Counted from the first letter of the stretch, positions 48,693 through 59,760 are shown. The stretch is DNA of 59,931 bases from Lachnospiraceae bacterium (GCA_045617405.1 JAZLIL010000081.1:1-59931); one strand, 5' to 3'. Program-made: numbers and translations. The notes: generated from the letters alone by a model not told the origin.

Positions 48693-49802
48693 ATGAAAAA
48701 GTATTTGGCACTTTTACTTGCAGTTGTTATGGCTCTTTCATTAACAGCATGCGGACTTTCAAGTGAGAAGAAGGAAGCAGCTCCTGCACCCGCAGCAGAG
48801 GAGAAGAAGGAAGAAGCTCCTGCACCCGCAGCAGAAAAGAAGGAAGAGGCTCCTGCACCCGCAGCTTCAGAAGATCCCAAGCTTACATTCGTTTATGCAG
48901 AGGTTAATCCTCTTGAAGGATCAATTGTTGGCGCTATGGCGCTCAAGTTTAAGGAAGAAGTTGAAGCCCGTACAAACGGCACAGTTACTATCGACATCCA
49001 GGCCGGTGGCGTTCTCGGTTCAGAGAACGATGTACTTGATACCATCCTCGGTGGTGCCGGCACAATCGATATGTCACGTATCTCCGCTTTCGCTCTTACA
49101 CCTTACGGCGGCGAGAAGTCAATGCTCCTTTCACTTCCTTACGTATTCGCAGGAAGAGAGCACTTCTGGAACTTTGCTACGTCTGATCTTGCTCAGGAAT
49201 TCCTTATGGAGCCCCAGCAGAAGGGTTCGGGAATCCGTGGCCTCTTCTACGGCGAGGAAGGTTTCCGTCATTTCTTCACAAAGGATCCTATCACAGACAT
49301 CAACGGTCTTAAGGGTATGAAGCTTCGTGTTTCAAACGACCCTGTTATGAACGGTCTTGTAGAAGGCCTTGGCGCTTCACCTACAGTTGTATCTTTCGGC
49401 GAGCTTTACAGCGCACTTCAGACCGGTGTTGTTGATGGTGCTGAGCAGCCTATTGCAAACTACAAGTCAAACGCATTCCCCGAAGTTGCAAACACAATGA
49501 TTCTTGATGGACATACACTTGGTGCAGTTCAGGTTATCATCACTGATGAGGCTTGGAACAAGATGTCGGAGAATCAGCAGAAGGCTATGATGGAAGCAGG
49601 TGAAATCGCTTCCAAGTACTGCCGCGAAGTATCAGAAGATAAGGAGAACGAGGTTCTCGATCAGCTTAAGGCAGAAGGCTGCAACATCATCGATGTAACA
49701 GATTATACTCCTTGGCAGAACGCTGTGGCAAAGGTTATCGATGAGCAGGTTAACACTCCTGAACTTAAGGAACTCTATGATAAGATCGTTGCAATGAAGT
49801 AG
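48693..49802 (+). CDS. dctP: TRAP transporter substrate-binding lipoprotein (DctP family) with a repeat linker
   Basis: Lipoprotein signal ...ALSLTAC. Three units of EKKE(E/A)APAPAA. The DctP fold follows (...VNPLEGS..., ...MKLRV.....). GGGAGG SD. Confidence 0.9.
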   Translation: MKKYLALLLAVVMALSLTACGLSSEKKEAAPAPAAEEKKEEAPAPAAEKKEEAPAPAASEDPKLTFVYAEVNPLEGSIVGAMALKFKEEVEARTNGTVTIDIQAGGVLGSENDVLDTILGGAGTIDMSRISAFALTPYGGEKSMLLSLPYVFAGREHFWNFATSDLAQEFLMEPQQKGSGIRGLFYGEEGFRHFFTKDPITDINGLKGMKLRVSNDPVMNGLVEGLGASPTVVSFGELYSALQTGVVDGAEQPIANYKSNAFPEVANTMILDGHTLGAVQVIITDEAWNKMSENQQKAMMEAGEIASKYCREVSEDKENEVLDQLKAEGCNIIDVTDYTPWQNAVAKVIDEQVNTPELKELYDKIVAMK

Positions 49803-49857
49803 GATTTTGGAAGATTTATTTGATAATCAGCTGAATCGGTTGCATAATTAATGTGAT

Positions 49858-49895
49858 GGGCACGGTGCCGATCGAGGTACTGTGCCCTTTCTATT
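49858..49895 (+). terminator. Intra-operon hairpin/terminator after dctP (attenuates dctQM)
   Basis: GGGCACGGT-GCCGATCGAGGT-ACTGTGCCC followed by TTTCTATT. Confidence 0.55.
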
Positions 49896-49977
49896 GAATC
49901 ACTTGGTTTCATATTCTTTCGGATGTAGAAGGCCCTCCTTATCGGCTGGGCAATTTACATGGTAAAAGGGGGTTAAT

Positions 49978-50598
49978 ATGTCTGTTTTCGATAAGATAGA
50001 CAAGATCAAGCCTTTTTATGACTGGGCTTACAAAATTATCCTTTTTGTCTGCAAGCTTCTTCTTGTTGCAGATATTCTGATAACGACCTATGCCGTTATC
50101 GGAAGATATGTACCTGCAGTTCCCGATCCCTCATGGTCGGAGGAGCTGGTACTTACATTAATGAGTTATATGGCGGTTCTCTCGGCAGCTCTCGCAATCA
50201 GGCGCGGAGCTCACATCAGAATGACAGCGTTTGACAGGTATCTGCCGAAGGGTGTTCTTAAGTTCCTCGACATTCTTGCGGATCTGTCTGTCCTTGCATT
50301 TGGTGTTGCAATGATAGTAGTCGGCTGGAAGTACGCAAATACAATCGGAGCAAAGGGTAACTACGTTTCAATGCCCTGGCTTTCAAGATTCTGGATGTAC
50401 GTTCCCGTCCCGATCGCCGGTGTTGCTGTAATTATTTTTGAAATTGAGTCCTTATATGCTCACATCAAGTCGATTGTCCTGAAGACTAATTACAGTGCAG
50501 GTGTTATCGATTCCGGTGATGAGATTGAAAAGGTTTTGAAAGATGCCGAGGCAGAAGAAAGGGCCAAGGCAATAGAAGACGGAAAGGAGGAAAAGTAA
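49978..50598 (+). CDS. dctQ: TRAP transporter small permease (DctQ family) with a charged C-terminal tail
   Basis: 4 TM helices. About 40 extra residues at the C-terminus (...DAEAEERAKAIEDGKEEK). Confidence 0.85.
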   Translation: MSVFDKIDKIKPFYDWAYKIILFVCKLLLVADILITTYAVIGRYVPAVPDPSWSEELVLTLMSYMAVLSAALAIRRGAHIRMTAFDRYLPKGVLKFLDILADLSVLAFGVAMIVVGWKYANTIGAKGNYVSMPWLSRFWMYVPVPIAGVAVIIFEIESLYAHIKSIVLKTNYSAGVIDSGDEIEKVLKDAEAEERAKAIEDGKEEK

Positions 50599-51890
50599 TG
50601 GATACTACTACGTTAGCAATTCTCGTGCTGATCGGCGGTTTCTTACTGATGGTGCTCCTTCGCTTCCCTATCGCTTATGCGGTCGGTATCGCATCCGTAC
50701 TTTGTCTTGCGGTTCAGGGACTTCCGCTTTCAACAATGTGCCAGTATATGGTAAAGGGTATCTCGTCCTTCTCACTCATGGCGGTTCCGTTCTTTATAAC
50801 CATGGGTATTCTGATGGGCACCGGAGGTATTTCGGAGAAACTGATTAACCTGGCTGATGCCTGCGTAGGCTGGATGACAGGCGGTATGGCAATGGTTAAC
50901 ATCGTTGCTTCCTATTTCTTCGGCGGTATCTCGGGTTCTGCAGCGGCTGACACGGCATCAATCGGCTCAATCATGATTCCTATGATGGTTGATCAGGGAT
51001 ATGATGATGATTTCTCAACAGCAGTTACGATTACGTCTTCATGTGAGGGGCTTCTCGTTCCTCCGAGTCACAACATGGTAATCTACGCAATGAGTGCGGG
51101 CGGTATTTCCGTAGGTTCGCTTTTCCTTGCAGGTTACATTCCCGGAGCGCTTCTTGCAATAAGCCTCATGGTTGGTTCGTATATTATCTCCAAGAAGAGA
51201 CATTACCCGAAGGGTGACAGATTCTCAATAGTCAACCTTGCAAAACAGTTCGTCAAGTCCTTCTGGGCACTCGCAGCTGTTGTTATCGTTGTTATCGGTG
51301 TTGTTGCAGGCTTCTTCACGGCAACCGAATCAGCTGCTATTGCAGTTATCTACAGTCTAATTGTTTCTGTTTTCATCTACAAGGGACTTGACTGGAAGGG
51401 AGTTTGGAAGGCGCTTGATAAGTGTATCGACACACTCTCTATCGTGCTCATCCTCATTGCTACTTCATCAATCTTTGGATTCTGCCTCACAAGACTTCAT
51501 GTCCCGGACATGGCTTCAAAGGCAATCCTTGGGATTTCAGACAATCCTTACATCATTGCACTTTTGATAGACCTGATTCTTCTTGTGCTCGGATGCATTA
51601 TGGATATGGCACCTATCATTCTGATTGCAACGCCTATCCTGCTTCCTATTGCTGTCTCAATCGGTATGAACCCTATCCAGTTCGGTATTGTTATGGTCCT
51701 CAACACAGGTATCGGTCTTCTCACACCTCCTGTAGGAGCCGTACTTTTCATTGGGTCTGCCGTCGGAAAGGTAAAGATGGAGAAGGTAGTAAAAGCGACA
51801 CTTCCTTTCTACCTCTGCATGATTGTAACACTGCTGCTTGTTACATTTATACCTGAGATTGCCATGTTCCTTCCTAATCTCGTAAAGTGA
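50598..51890 (+). CDS. dctM: TRAP transporter large permease (DctM family)
   Basis: 430 aa, ~12 TM helices. The ATG overlaps the dctQ stop (TAATG). Confidence 0.9.
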   Translation: MDTTTLAILVLIGGFLLMVLLRFPIAYAVGIASVLCLAVQGLPLSTMCQYMVKGISSFSLMAVPFFITMGILMGTGGISEKLINLADACVGWMTGGMAMVNIVASYFFGGISGSAAADTASIGSIMIPMMVDQGYDDDFSTAVTITSSCEGLLVPPSHNMVIYAMSAGGISVGSLFLAGYIPGALLAISLMVGSYIISKKRHYPKGDRFSIVNLAKQFVKSFWALAAVVIVVIGVVAGFFTATESAAIAVIYSLIVSVFIYKGLDWKGVWKALDKCIDTLSIVLILIATSSIFGFCLTRLHVPDMASKAILGISDNPYIIALLIDLILLVLGCIMDMAPIILIATPILLPIAVSIGMNPIQFGIVMVLNTGIGLLTPPVGAVLFIGSAVGKVKMEKVVKATLPFYLCMIVTLLLVTFIPEIAMFLPNLVK

Positions 51891-52019
51891 TATAGGTAAG
51901 CAGCGAAGGTTTACTAAGGCCCTGATCACTTCAGGGCCTTGATTATAGGCAGGCTTTTGCAGACGATGCTGCAAACGGCGGCAAACTGAGACAGCCTGTT
52001 TTCGTAGGAGATGTTAAAA

Positions 52020-53369
52020 ATGGCTAAAGAAAGAGTGATTCAGTTTGGTGAAGGGGGGTTCCTTCGAGGGTTTGTGGATTATTTCCTTTACAAACTTAAT
52101 GAAAAGGGTATCTGGGAAGGCGATGTGGTTATAGTTCAGCCCATTGAAAAAGGAATGTGCGAAAAGCTCATGGAGCAGGGGTGCGAGTACAATCTCTATC
52201 TTCGCGGAATTGAGAACGGCATGACTGTCAATGAGAGGACGCACATCAACGTAATCAGCAGGTGCGTTAATCCCTACAATGAATTTGATGAGTATCTGAG
52301 TCTCGCGGAAAACCCTGATTTCAGGTTTATAATATCAAATACGACGGAGGCGGGAATCGAGTATCTTGGAACTGAGAAGCCTGACGATGCTCCTGCTAAG
52401 TCCTATCCGGCAAAGCTTACGCAGCTTCTTTACAGAAGGTTTGAGCTTAAGCTTCCGGGATTTATTCTTATGCCATGTGAACTTATTGACAATAACGCCG
52501 ACAACCTAAAAGCATGCATACTGAAGTACGCAAAGCTCTGGAAGCTTGGTGAGGAGTTCGAGAACTGGATTGTAAATGAAAATGATTTTTGCAACACGCT
52601 TGTTGACAGAATCGTAACAGGTTTTCCGAAGGACGAGGCAGAGTCACTCTGGAAGGAAATCGGATATCAGGACAATCTGCTTGACACTGCCGAGATTTTC
52701 CATCTCTGGGTTATCGGCGGACATCATGAGGACGAGCTTCCGCTCAACGCTGCGGGCTACAACATTGTCTGGACCGATGACGTTACGCCCTACAAGCGCA
52801 GAAAAGTCCGCATACTTAACGGCGGCCACACTTCGATGGTTCTCGGAGCCTATCTCTACGGTCTTAAGACTGTCGGTGAGTGTCTTTCGGATAAGAAGGT
52901 CAGTGCATACCTGAAGAAATGCATTTTCGACGAGATTGTACCTACGCTCGGCAACACCGAAACAGATATCGGTTTCGGAAATGCGGTTATCGAGAGGTTT
53001 TCTAATCCATTTATAAGGCACCTGCTTCTTTCAATCGCACTGAACTCTGTTTCAAAGTTCAAGGTCAGAGTTCTTCCGACAATTCTCGAGTACAAAGAGA
53101 AATTCGGCGCATACCCGTCTGCACTCACGTTCTCAATGGCAGCGCTCATTGCCTTTTACAGAACTGACAAAGCGAATGACGGCGAAGAGATAATGAAGTT
53201 TATGAAAACGGCTTCTGTTTCTGAAATTCTCAGGAAGGAAGAGTACTGGGACAAGGATCTCAGCGACATGATTCCGCTTGTCGAAAGGTACTACAGCCTG
53301 ATCACAGACAAGGGAATGTCGGCAGCTTACGATGAAATTCTTGGTGAAAAAGAGGCAGAAAATGCTTGA
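52020..53369 (+). CDS. uxaB: Tagaturonate reductase (altronate oxidoreductase)
   Basis: ATG 52020 lies 9 nt after AGGAG. The MAKERVIQFGEGGFLRGF start is typical of UxaB. Confidence 0.85.
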   Translation: MAKERVIQFGEGGFLRGFVDYFLYKLNEKGIWEGDVVIVQPIEKGMCEKLMEQGCEYNLYLRGIENGMTVNERTHINVISRCVNPYNEFDEYLSLAENPDFRFIISNTTEAGIEYLGTEKPDDAPAKSYPAKLTQLLYRRFELKLPGFILMPCELIDNNADNLKACILKYAKLWKLGEEFENWIVNENDFCNTLVDRIVTGFPKDEAESLWKEIGYQDNLLDTAEIFHLWVIGGHHEDELPLNAAGYNIVWTDDVTPYKRRKVRILNGGHTSMVLGAYLYGLKTVGECLSDKKVSAYLKKCIFDEIVPTLGNTETDIGFGNAVIERFSNPFIRHLLLSIALNSVSKFKVRVLPTILEYKEKFGAYPSALTFSMAALIAFYRTDKANDGEEIMKFMKTASVSEILRKEEYWDKDLSDMIPLVERYYSLITDKGMSAAYDEILGEKEAENA

Positions 53370-54861
53370 TGTAATAAAAATCAACAAATCCGATAATGTG
53401 GTTGTGGCCCTTCGAACCCTAGAGGCTTCGAGCAGAATTATGGTTGACGGTCGTGAGATTATCCTCAACAGGAGAATTGAAAAAGGTCACAAAATTGCCT
53501 GCAAGAAAATAGAAAAGGGCGAAAATGTGATAAAGTACGGCTTTGCAATCGGTTCGGCCCAAAATACAATCGAGCCCGGCGAGCATGTTCACACGCATAA
53601 TTTGCGTACAGGTCTTGGCGACAACCTTGAATATGTGTACAATCCCGTTGATTATGCGGGAAGAATTGAGGCAGAGCTCACTGACGCTGAAAAGTGGTTC
53701 ATGGGATATGAAAGGCACGACGGCAGGGTCGGAATCAGGAACGAGATCTGGATTGTACCTACCGTCGGATGTGTTAATTCGGCTGCAAGAGAGATAGCTG
53801 AACGTTGCAGCGACTATGTCTGTGAGTCGATAGAGGCGGTTAAAGCACTTAATCATCCCTATGGATGTTCACAACTTGGAGACGATCAGGATAACACAAG
53901 GAGAATACTTGCGTCGCTTATCGCTCATCCAAATGCCGGCGGGGTACTGGTACTCGGACTTGGATGTGAAAATTCAGGAATCGAAGCGATTAAGGAGGCT
54001 CTCGGAAGCTTCGATGAGAGTCGTGTCAGATTCCTTAAGTCACAGGACGTTGAAAATGAGATTGAAGAGGGAATCAGGCTGGTGGGAGAGCTTGCCCTAA
54101 ATGCCATGAAGGTTAAGAAAACGAAGCAGCCCATCGAAAAGCTTGTCGTCGGTCTCAAGTGCGGTGGCTCGGACGGTCTTTCGGGAATAACCGCAAATCC
54201 CATAGTCGGCGGTTTTTCTGATTTACTCATCGGAGAAGGCGGTTCAACGATTCTCACTGAGGTTCCCGAGATGTTCGGTGCCGAAACGATACTGATGAGT
54301 CGCGCGGCAAATGAGGAAGTTTTTAATATGACTGTTGAAATGATCAATGACTTTAAAGATTATTTCAGAAAGAACGGTCAGGTGATATATGAGAATCCTT
54401 CACCGGGAAACAAGGCCGGCGGAATTTCCACGCTTGAGGACAAATCGCTCGGGTGCACTCAGAAATCGGGATGTTCGAAGGTGGTTGACGTATTAAAGTA
54501 CGGTGAGTGTGTTAAGACACGCGGATTGACGCTTCTTAGCGCACCCGGAAACGATCTTGTTTCGACAACTGCCATGGTGGCGGCAGGTGCAAACCTGATT
54601 CTGTTTACGACAGGAAGGGGAACGCCTTTCGGAAGCCCTGTTCCGACCATAAAGATTTCGACTGGTTCTGAGCTTGCGAAGAAAAAGCCAAACTGGATTG
54701 ATTTCGATGGAGGCAGGCTTCTCAATGAAGGCGAAAGTCTTGACGTCCTGTCACGTGAGCTGCTGGACCTTGTTTTGCACATTGCCTCGGGTGAGATGTG
54801 CAGGAGTGAAGAGGCAGGATACTGCGACCTTGCCATATTCAAGCAGGGTGTAACATTGTAA
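53362..54861 (+). CDS. uxaA: Altronate dehydratase
   Basis: ATG 53362 overlaps the uxaB stop (ATGCTTGA). The N-terminal SAF domain (...INKSDNVVVAL...) is followed by the UxaA C-terminal domain (...GLKCGGSDG.SGITANP..G...). Confidence 0.9.
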   Translation: MLDVIKINKSDNVVVALRTLEASSRIMVDGREIILNRRIEKGHKIACKKIEKGENVIKYGFAIGSAQNTIEPGEHVHTHNLRTGLGDNLEYVYNPVDYAGRIEAELTDAEKWFMGYERHDGRVGIRNEIWIVPTVGCVNSAAREIAERCSDYVCESIEAVKALNHPYGCSQLGDDQDNTRRILASLIAHPNAGGVLVLGLGCENSGIEAIKEALGSFDESRVRFLKSQDVENEIEEGIRLVGELALNAMKVKKTKQPIEKLVVGLKCGGSDGLSGITANPIVGGFSDLLIGEGGSTILTEVPEMFGAETILMSRAANEEVFNMTVEMINDFKDYFRKNGQVIYENPSPGNKAGGISTLEDKSLGCTQKSGCSKVVDVLKYGECVKTRGLTLLSAPGNDLVSTTAMVAAGANLILFTTGRGTPFGSPVPTIKISTGSELAKKKPNWIDFDGGRLLNEGESLDVLSRELLDLVLHIASGEMCRSEEAGYCDLAIFKQGVTL

Positions 54862-54932
54862 TTGGAAAAACAGCATATACTTGATATTCTCGGGACAATT
54901 CCTGTCCCGAAAGCAAAGAGGAGGGGTATATA

Positions 54933-56354
54933 ATGAAGAACTTTATGGATAAGGACTTTTTACTGAGTACGGATACAGCAAAGGAACTCTATCGTGAAGC
55001 GGCAGACATGACAAAGATTCCCGTAATCGATTATCACTGCCATATCATTCCGAAAGAAATCGCGGAGGACCGGCAGTTTGAAAACATAGCTCAGGTTTGG
55101 CTCGGCGGTGATCATTATAAGTGGCGTCAGATGAGATCAAACGGCGTTGAGGAGAAGTACATCACAGGCGATGCCTCAGATCGTGAGAAATTCCAGAAGT
55201 GGGCGGAGACTCTCCCGAGACTTATCGGTAATCCCCTTTATCACTGGTCACATCTCGAGCTTCGGTTCTACTTCGGTTATCAGGGAAACCTTAACGGCGA
55301 TACTGCGCAGGAGGTTTGGAATCTTTGCAATGAGAAGCTCGCAAAGAAGGAATTCTCAGTGAGAAATCTCATCAGGATGTCAAATGTAAAGCTTATCTGC
55401 TCGACTGACGATCCCATTGATTCGCTCGAGTATCACAAGCAGATCAGGGAGGACAAGTCATTTGATGTTCAGGTACTTCCTGCATGGAGACCCGACAAAG
55501 CAATGAACATCGAAAAGTCTGATTTCAGGGAGTACATCGGAAAGCTTGAAAAAGCATCGGGTATTTCTGTCACAGACTGGACATCACTTAAGAAGGCTCT
55601 CGCAAACAGAATGGATTTCTTCGGCGAAAACGGATGCCGTGTCAGTGATCACGGACTCGAGTATGTAATGTACGCGGCTTCATCCGATGAGGAAATTGAC
55701 GCCATCTTTAAGAAGGCTCTTGCAGGTGAGACAGTATCTGCAGAAGAGAATATAAAGTATAAGACAGCATTCATGATAAACATGGGACGTGAGACATCGG
55801 CAAGAAAGTGGGTAATGCAGCTTCATTACGGTGCAAAGCGTGACAACAATACTGCGATGTTTAAGAAAATCGGACCTGACACCGGTTATGATGCAATCAA
55901 CAATTATGCCCCGAGTGCGCAGCTTGCTGATTTCTTAAATGCCCTTGCAGTAACAGGCGAACTTCCGAAGACGATTCTTTATTCGCTAAATCCCAACGAC
56001 GATGCTGCAATTACTTCCATCATCGGATGTTTCCAGGACGGAAGCTGCCGCAACAAGGTTCAACAGGGAAGTGCATGGTGGTTTAACGACAACTTTGAGG
56101 GGATGATTTCACAGCTTAAGACATTTGCAAATCTCTCATGCCTTGGAAACCACGTCGGAATGCTCACCGATTCACGTTCGTTCCTCTCCTACACAAGACA
56201 TGATTACTTCAGAAGAATTTTGTGCAAGCTTATCGGCGAGTGGGTTGAGAACGGCGAGTATCCTTACGAGAAGAAGATTCTCGAAGACATCATCAAGGGG
56301 ATTTCATATAATAATGCCATAGATTATTTCGAATTTGAACTTGAGAAGATTTGA
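54933..56354 (+). CDS. uxaC: Glucuronate isomerase
   Basis: MKNFMDKDFLL.....LY.......P..DYHCH is a canonical UxaC start. 473 aa. Confidence 0.9.
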   Translation: MKNFMDKDFLLSTDTAKELYREAADMTKIPVIDYHCHIIPKEIAEDRQFENIAQVWLGGDHYKWRQMRSNGVEEKYITGDASDREKFQKWAETLPRLIGNPLYHWSHLELRFYFGYQGNLNGDTAQEVWNLCNEKLAKKEFSVRNLIRMSNVKLICSTDDPIDSLEYHKQIREDKSFDVQVLPAWRPDKAMNIEKSDFREYIGKLEKASGISVTDWTSLKKALANRMDFFGENGCRVSDHGLEYVMYAASSDEEIDAIFKKALAGETVSAEENIKYKTAFMINMGRETSARKWVMQLHYGAKRDNNTAMFKKIGPDTGYDAINNYAPSAQLADFLNALAVTGELPKTILYSLNPNDDAAITSIIGCFQDGSCRNKVQQGSAWWFNDNFEGMISQLKTFANLSCLGNHVGMLTDSRSFLSYTRHDYFRRILCKLIGEWVENGEYPYEKKILEDIIKGISYNNAIDYFEFELEKI

Positions 56355-56489
56355 TTCTGAAACGGTTATTTCCAAAGAAGTTCTTATTATGAGGTTAAAA
56401 GCGGATCCGTGAATTGAAAAGACGGACAAAAGCTAAAGTATGACGTAACGTAAAACTACATAATTCTCTCACTACAAAAGGAGCGGGCG

Positions 56490-56966
56490 ATGAACGATTA
56501 CAGTTTTGAATATGATATACAGGTTTCAGATCTCTGGAAGGCATCCATGTATTATGCATGGTCTTCATATCTTGCAGTCATAAACAGTGTGTGCATTGTT
56601 TCATCTGTCCTGCTCCTGATCGTCAAGTACAGTACTTCACCTAACTGGTTCAGGGTCATCATGATACTGTTCTTCATGGCATTTACGGTGTTTCAGCCGC
56701 TTATCATTCTGGCAAGGTCGAGTGTGAGACTGCAGGGAAAAGAAAGGCATATTCGCCTTCATTTTACGCCTGACAGCGTGCAGGTTACGGCAGGCGACAA
56801 GACGCAGGTGCTTTCATGGGGGGATGTCATGGGACTTTCGGTAAAGCCGGCGATAGTGATAGTCTACCTGAAGAATGGTGAGGGGTATATTCTTAACAAC
56901 AAGGTTCTTGGAAAAGACAGGACAGGATTAATTGAAATGGTTGAACGCATTAAAAGGAGGAAATAG
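56490..56966 (+). CDS. Hypothetical 2-TM protein (YcxB-like?)
   Basis: 158 aa. Two central TM helices are followed by a small beta-rich domain. The family call is tentative. Confidence 0.45.
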   Translation: MNDYSFEYDIQVSDLWKASMYYAWSSYLAVINSVCIVSSVLLLIVKYSTSPNWFRVIMILFFMAFTVFQPLIILARSSVRLQGKERHIRLHFTPDSVQVTAGDKTQVLSWGDVMGLSVKPAIVIVYLKNGEGYILNNKVLGKDRTGLIEMVERIKRRK

Positions 56967-56968
56967 TG

Positions 56969-57772
56969 ATGTTTGATCCTGGGATGTTCTCACTTGAAGG
57001 GAAGACGGCACTTATCACCGGAGCCTCGTACGGCATAGGATTTGCGATTGCATGTGCATATGCAAAGGCGGGAGCAAGGATCGTCTTTAATGACATTAGC
57101 AGTGAACTTGTGGAGAAAGGACTCGCATCCTACAAGGAGCTTGGAATAGAAGCAAGAGGCTATGTCTGCGACGTGACGGAAGAAGACGCCGTCCGGAAGC
57201 TTGTTTCTCAAATTGAAAAGGAGGTCGGCATAATTGACGTTCTTGTCAATAACGCGGGGATAATTAAGAGAATCCCGATGACGCAGATGAGTGCGGATGA
57301 TTTCAGAAAGGTTATCGATGTGGATCTGAATGCACCTTTTATCGTTTCAAAGGCTGTAATTCCGGGAATGATCAAAAAGGGCGGCGGAAAGATTATCAAC
57401 ATTTGCTCTATGATGAGCGAACTCGGGCGTGAGACGGTTTCAGCCTATGCGGCGGCAAAGGGCGGTCTTAAAATGCTCACGAGGAACATCGCGTCAGAGT
57501 ACGGCGAGTACAACATACAGTGCAACGGAATCGGTCCCGGATACATTGCGACACCTCAGACAGCACCGCTGCGCGAAAGGCGGCCGGACGGTTCAAGGCA
57601 TCCGTTTGACAGCTTTATCGTTGCAAAGACACCTGCGGCACGCTGGGGAACTACGGATGACCTTCAGGGACCTGCGGTGTTCCTTGCATCAAAGGCTTCG
57701 GATTTTATTAACGGACATATTCTTTATGTTGACGGAGGCATTCTTGCCTACATCGGCAAGCAGCCAAAGTAG
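56969..57772 (+). CDS. kduD: SDR family oxidoreductase, gluconate 5-dehydrogenase / KduD type
   Basis: ATG 56969 lies 9 nt after AGGAGG. TGASYGIG cofactor motif, NNAG, S...Y..AK catalytic triad, ...TPAARWG...... Close to the IdnO/KduD pattern and adjacent to kduI. Confidence 0.8.
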   Translation: MFDPGMFSLEGKTALITGASYGIGFAIACAYAKAGARIVFNDISSELVEKGLASYKELGIEARGYVCDVTEEDAVRKLVSQIEKEVGIIDVLVNNAGIIKRIPMTQMSADDFRKVIDVDLNAPFIVSKAVIPGMIKKGGGKIINICSMMSELGRETVSAYAAAKGGLKMLTRNIASEYGEYNIQCNGIGPGYIATPQTAPLRERRPDGSRHPFDSFIVAKTPAARWGTTDDLQGPAVFLASKASDFINGHILYVDGGILAYIGKQPK

Positions 57773-57796
57773 TTTCGGTTCGGAAAGGCGGCAGAT

Positions 57797-58657
57797 ATGG
57801 AGATAAGACAGGCATCATCGGCAAGAGATGTAAAGACTTACGACACAAGGAGACTTCGTGAGGAATTCCTCATAGAGGATTTGTTTCTTGAGGGAAAGAT
57901 AAAGCTCGTTTACAGTCAGATTGACAGGATAATCACCGGAGGCTGCGTTCCTGTAGAGGAGATAGAGCTTCCCGCAGGAAGAGAGCTTAAGACAGAATAT
58001 TTTCTTGAGCGCCGCGAACTTGGCGTAATCAACATCGGAGGGGCGGGATATATAAAAGTCGACGGCAGAAAGTATGCCGTCGGACATAAGGAGGCTATGT
58101 ATATCGGCATGGGTTCGAAGGACATTATCTTCGGAAGTGATGACGCAAAGAATCCTGCACATTTCTACTTAAACAGCACTCCCGCACACAGGACATGCCC
58201 GACCGTCCTTATTAAGCCTGAAGGCCGGCAAGAGGACGGGGTTGTGATTGTTTCGGATGCGAACAAGGTTGAACTTGGTTCAATGGAGGATTCAAACCAC
58301 AGAGTTATCTGCAAGTACATCCTTCCCGGACAGGTTGATAGCTGCCAGCTGGTAATGGGCATGACATCGTTAAAGCCGGGAAGCGTCTGGAATACAATGC
58401 CCTGCCACACGCATGACAGAAGAATGGAAGTCTACTTGTACTTCGAACTTCCAGAGAACGCCTTTGTTATGCATTACATGGGAGAACCGACTGAGACACG
58501 TCACATCGTAATGAGAAACGAGCAGGCGGTGATTTCACCCAGCTGGTCAATCCATGCGGGCTGCGGTTCAAGAAACTACACCTTCATCTGGGGAATGGCA
58601 GGTGAGAACCAGACCTTCTCGGATATGGATGATGTAGACAATAAAGATTTAAGATAG
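57797..58657 (+). CDS. kduI: 5-dehydro-4-deoxy-D-glucuronate isomerase
   Basis: MEIRQ......K...T..LR..FL...LF..G......S..DR.I.GG is a KduI start. ...MPCHTHDRRMEVYLYF... is the metal site. Confidence 0.9.
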   Translation: MEIRQASSARDVKTYDTRRLREEFLIEDLFLEGKIKLVYSQIDRIITGGCVPVEEIELPAGRELKTEYFLERRELGVINIGGAGYIKVDGRKYAVGHKEAMYIGMGSKDIIFGSDDAKNPAHFYLNSTPAHRTCPTVLIKPEGRQEDGVVIVSDANKVELGSMEDSNHRVICKYILPGQVDSCQLVMGMTSLKPGSVWNTMPCHTHDRRMEVYLYFELPENAFVMHYMGEPTETRHIVMRNEQAVISPSWSIHAGCGSRNYTFIWGMAGENQTFSDMDDVDNKDLR

Positions 58658-58728
58658 ATCGGACACCGGTATCGGACGCGGCCGAGCCGGGAAAGGGTGA
58701 AGATCTTTTTATGAGAAAGGAAAAGAAA

Positions 58729-59760
58729 ATGGCAAAAGTAATTACGATGGGTGAGATTATGCTCCGCCTTTCAACACCAAACTTTGAACGTTTCATTCAG
58801 GCGGATGAATTTGACGTCAACTATGGCGGCGGAGAGGCCAACGTTGCAGTCTCGCTTGCAGATTTCGGTCACACGGCCGAGTTCGTTACAGCGGTGCCCG
58901 ATAACGACATCGGCGAGTGCGCCGTAGCAGCGCTCAGAAAGTATAATGTCAGAACCGAACACATCGCACGCTGCGGAGAGCGCCTTGGTATTTACTATCT
59001 TGAGTCGGGCTCATCGATGAGACCTTCAAAGGTAATCTACGACAGGGCACATTCATCAATTTCGACTGCAACGGCAGCGGATTTTGACTTTGATGACATC
59101 TTTAGGGACGCTGACTGGTTCCACTTTACGGGAATTACACCTGCTGTCTCGGATGCTGCTGCAAAGCTCACAGAGGAAGCACTTATCGCAGCAAAGAAGC
59201 ACGGCGTGAAGGTTTCCGTAGACCTTAATTTCAGAAAGAAGCTTTGGAGTTCCGAAAAGGCACAGAAGGTCATGACCGGACTTATGAAATACGTTGATGT
59301 GTGCATCGGAAACGAAGAGGATGCGGAGCTTGTTCTCGGATTCAAGCCCGGCAAGACAGATGTCACGAGCGGAGAACTCGAGCTTGCAGGTTATAAGTCA
59401 ATTTTTGAGCAGATGGTTGACAAATTCGGATTTGAGTACTGTGTATCTTCACTCCGTGTGTCTCATTCGGCATCCGATAACGGCTGGTCCGCATGTATAT
59501 ATTCAAGGGACACTAAGGAATTCTATTATTCGAAGTCCTATGAGATTCATCCGATTGTAGACCGCGTCGGCGGCGGTGATTCATTCGCGGGTGGTGTTAT
59601 TTGCGGAATGCTTGACGGAAAGACAGCTGCACAGGCTCTTGAATTTGGTGTGGCAGCTTCTGCACTTAAGCACACAATCCCAGGAGATTTCAACTTCGTG
59701 ACAAGGAAGGAAGTTGAGATTCTTGCCGGTGGCGATGCTTCGGGAAGAGTTCAGAGGTAG
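58729..59760 (+). CDS. kdgK: 2-dehydro-3-deoxygluconokinase (PfkB family)
   Basis: ATG 58729 (MAKVITMGEIMLRLS...). ...GGGEANVAVSLA... and C-terminal ...DRVGGGDSFAGG... PfkB motifs. Confidence 0.85.
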   Translation: MAKVITMGEIMLRLSTPNFERFIQADEFDVNYGGGEANVAVSLADFGHTAEFVTAVPDNDIGECAVAALRKYNVRTEHIARCGERLGIYYLESGSSMRPSKVIYDRAHSSISTATAADFDFDDIFRDADWFHFTGITPAVSDAAAKLTEEALIAAKKHGVKVSVDLNFRKKLWSSEKAQKVMTGLMKYVDVCIGNEEDAELVLGFKPGKTDVTSGELELAGYKSIFEQMVDKFGFEYCVSSLRVSHSASDNGWSACIYSRDTKEFYYSKSYEIHPIVDRVGGGDSFAGGVICGMLDGKTAAQALEFGVAASALKHTIPGDFNFVTRKEVEILAGGDASGRVQR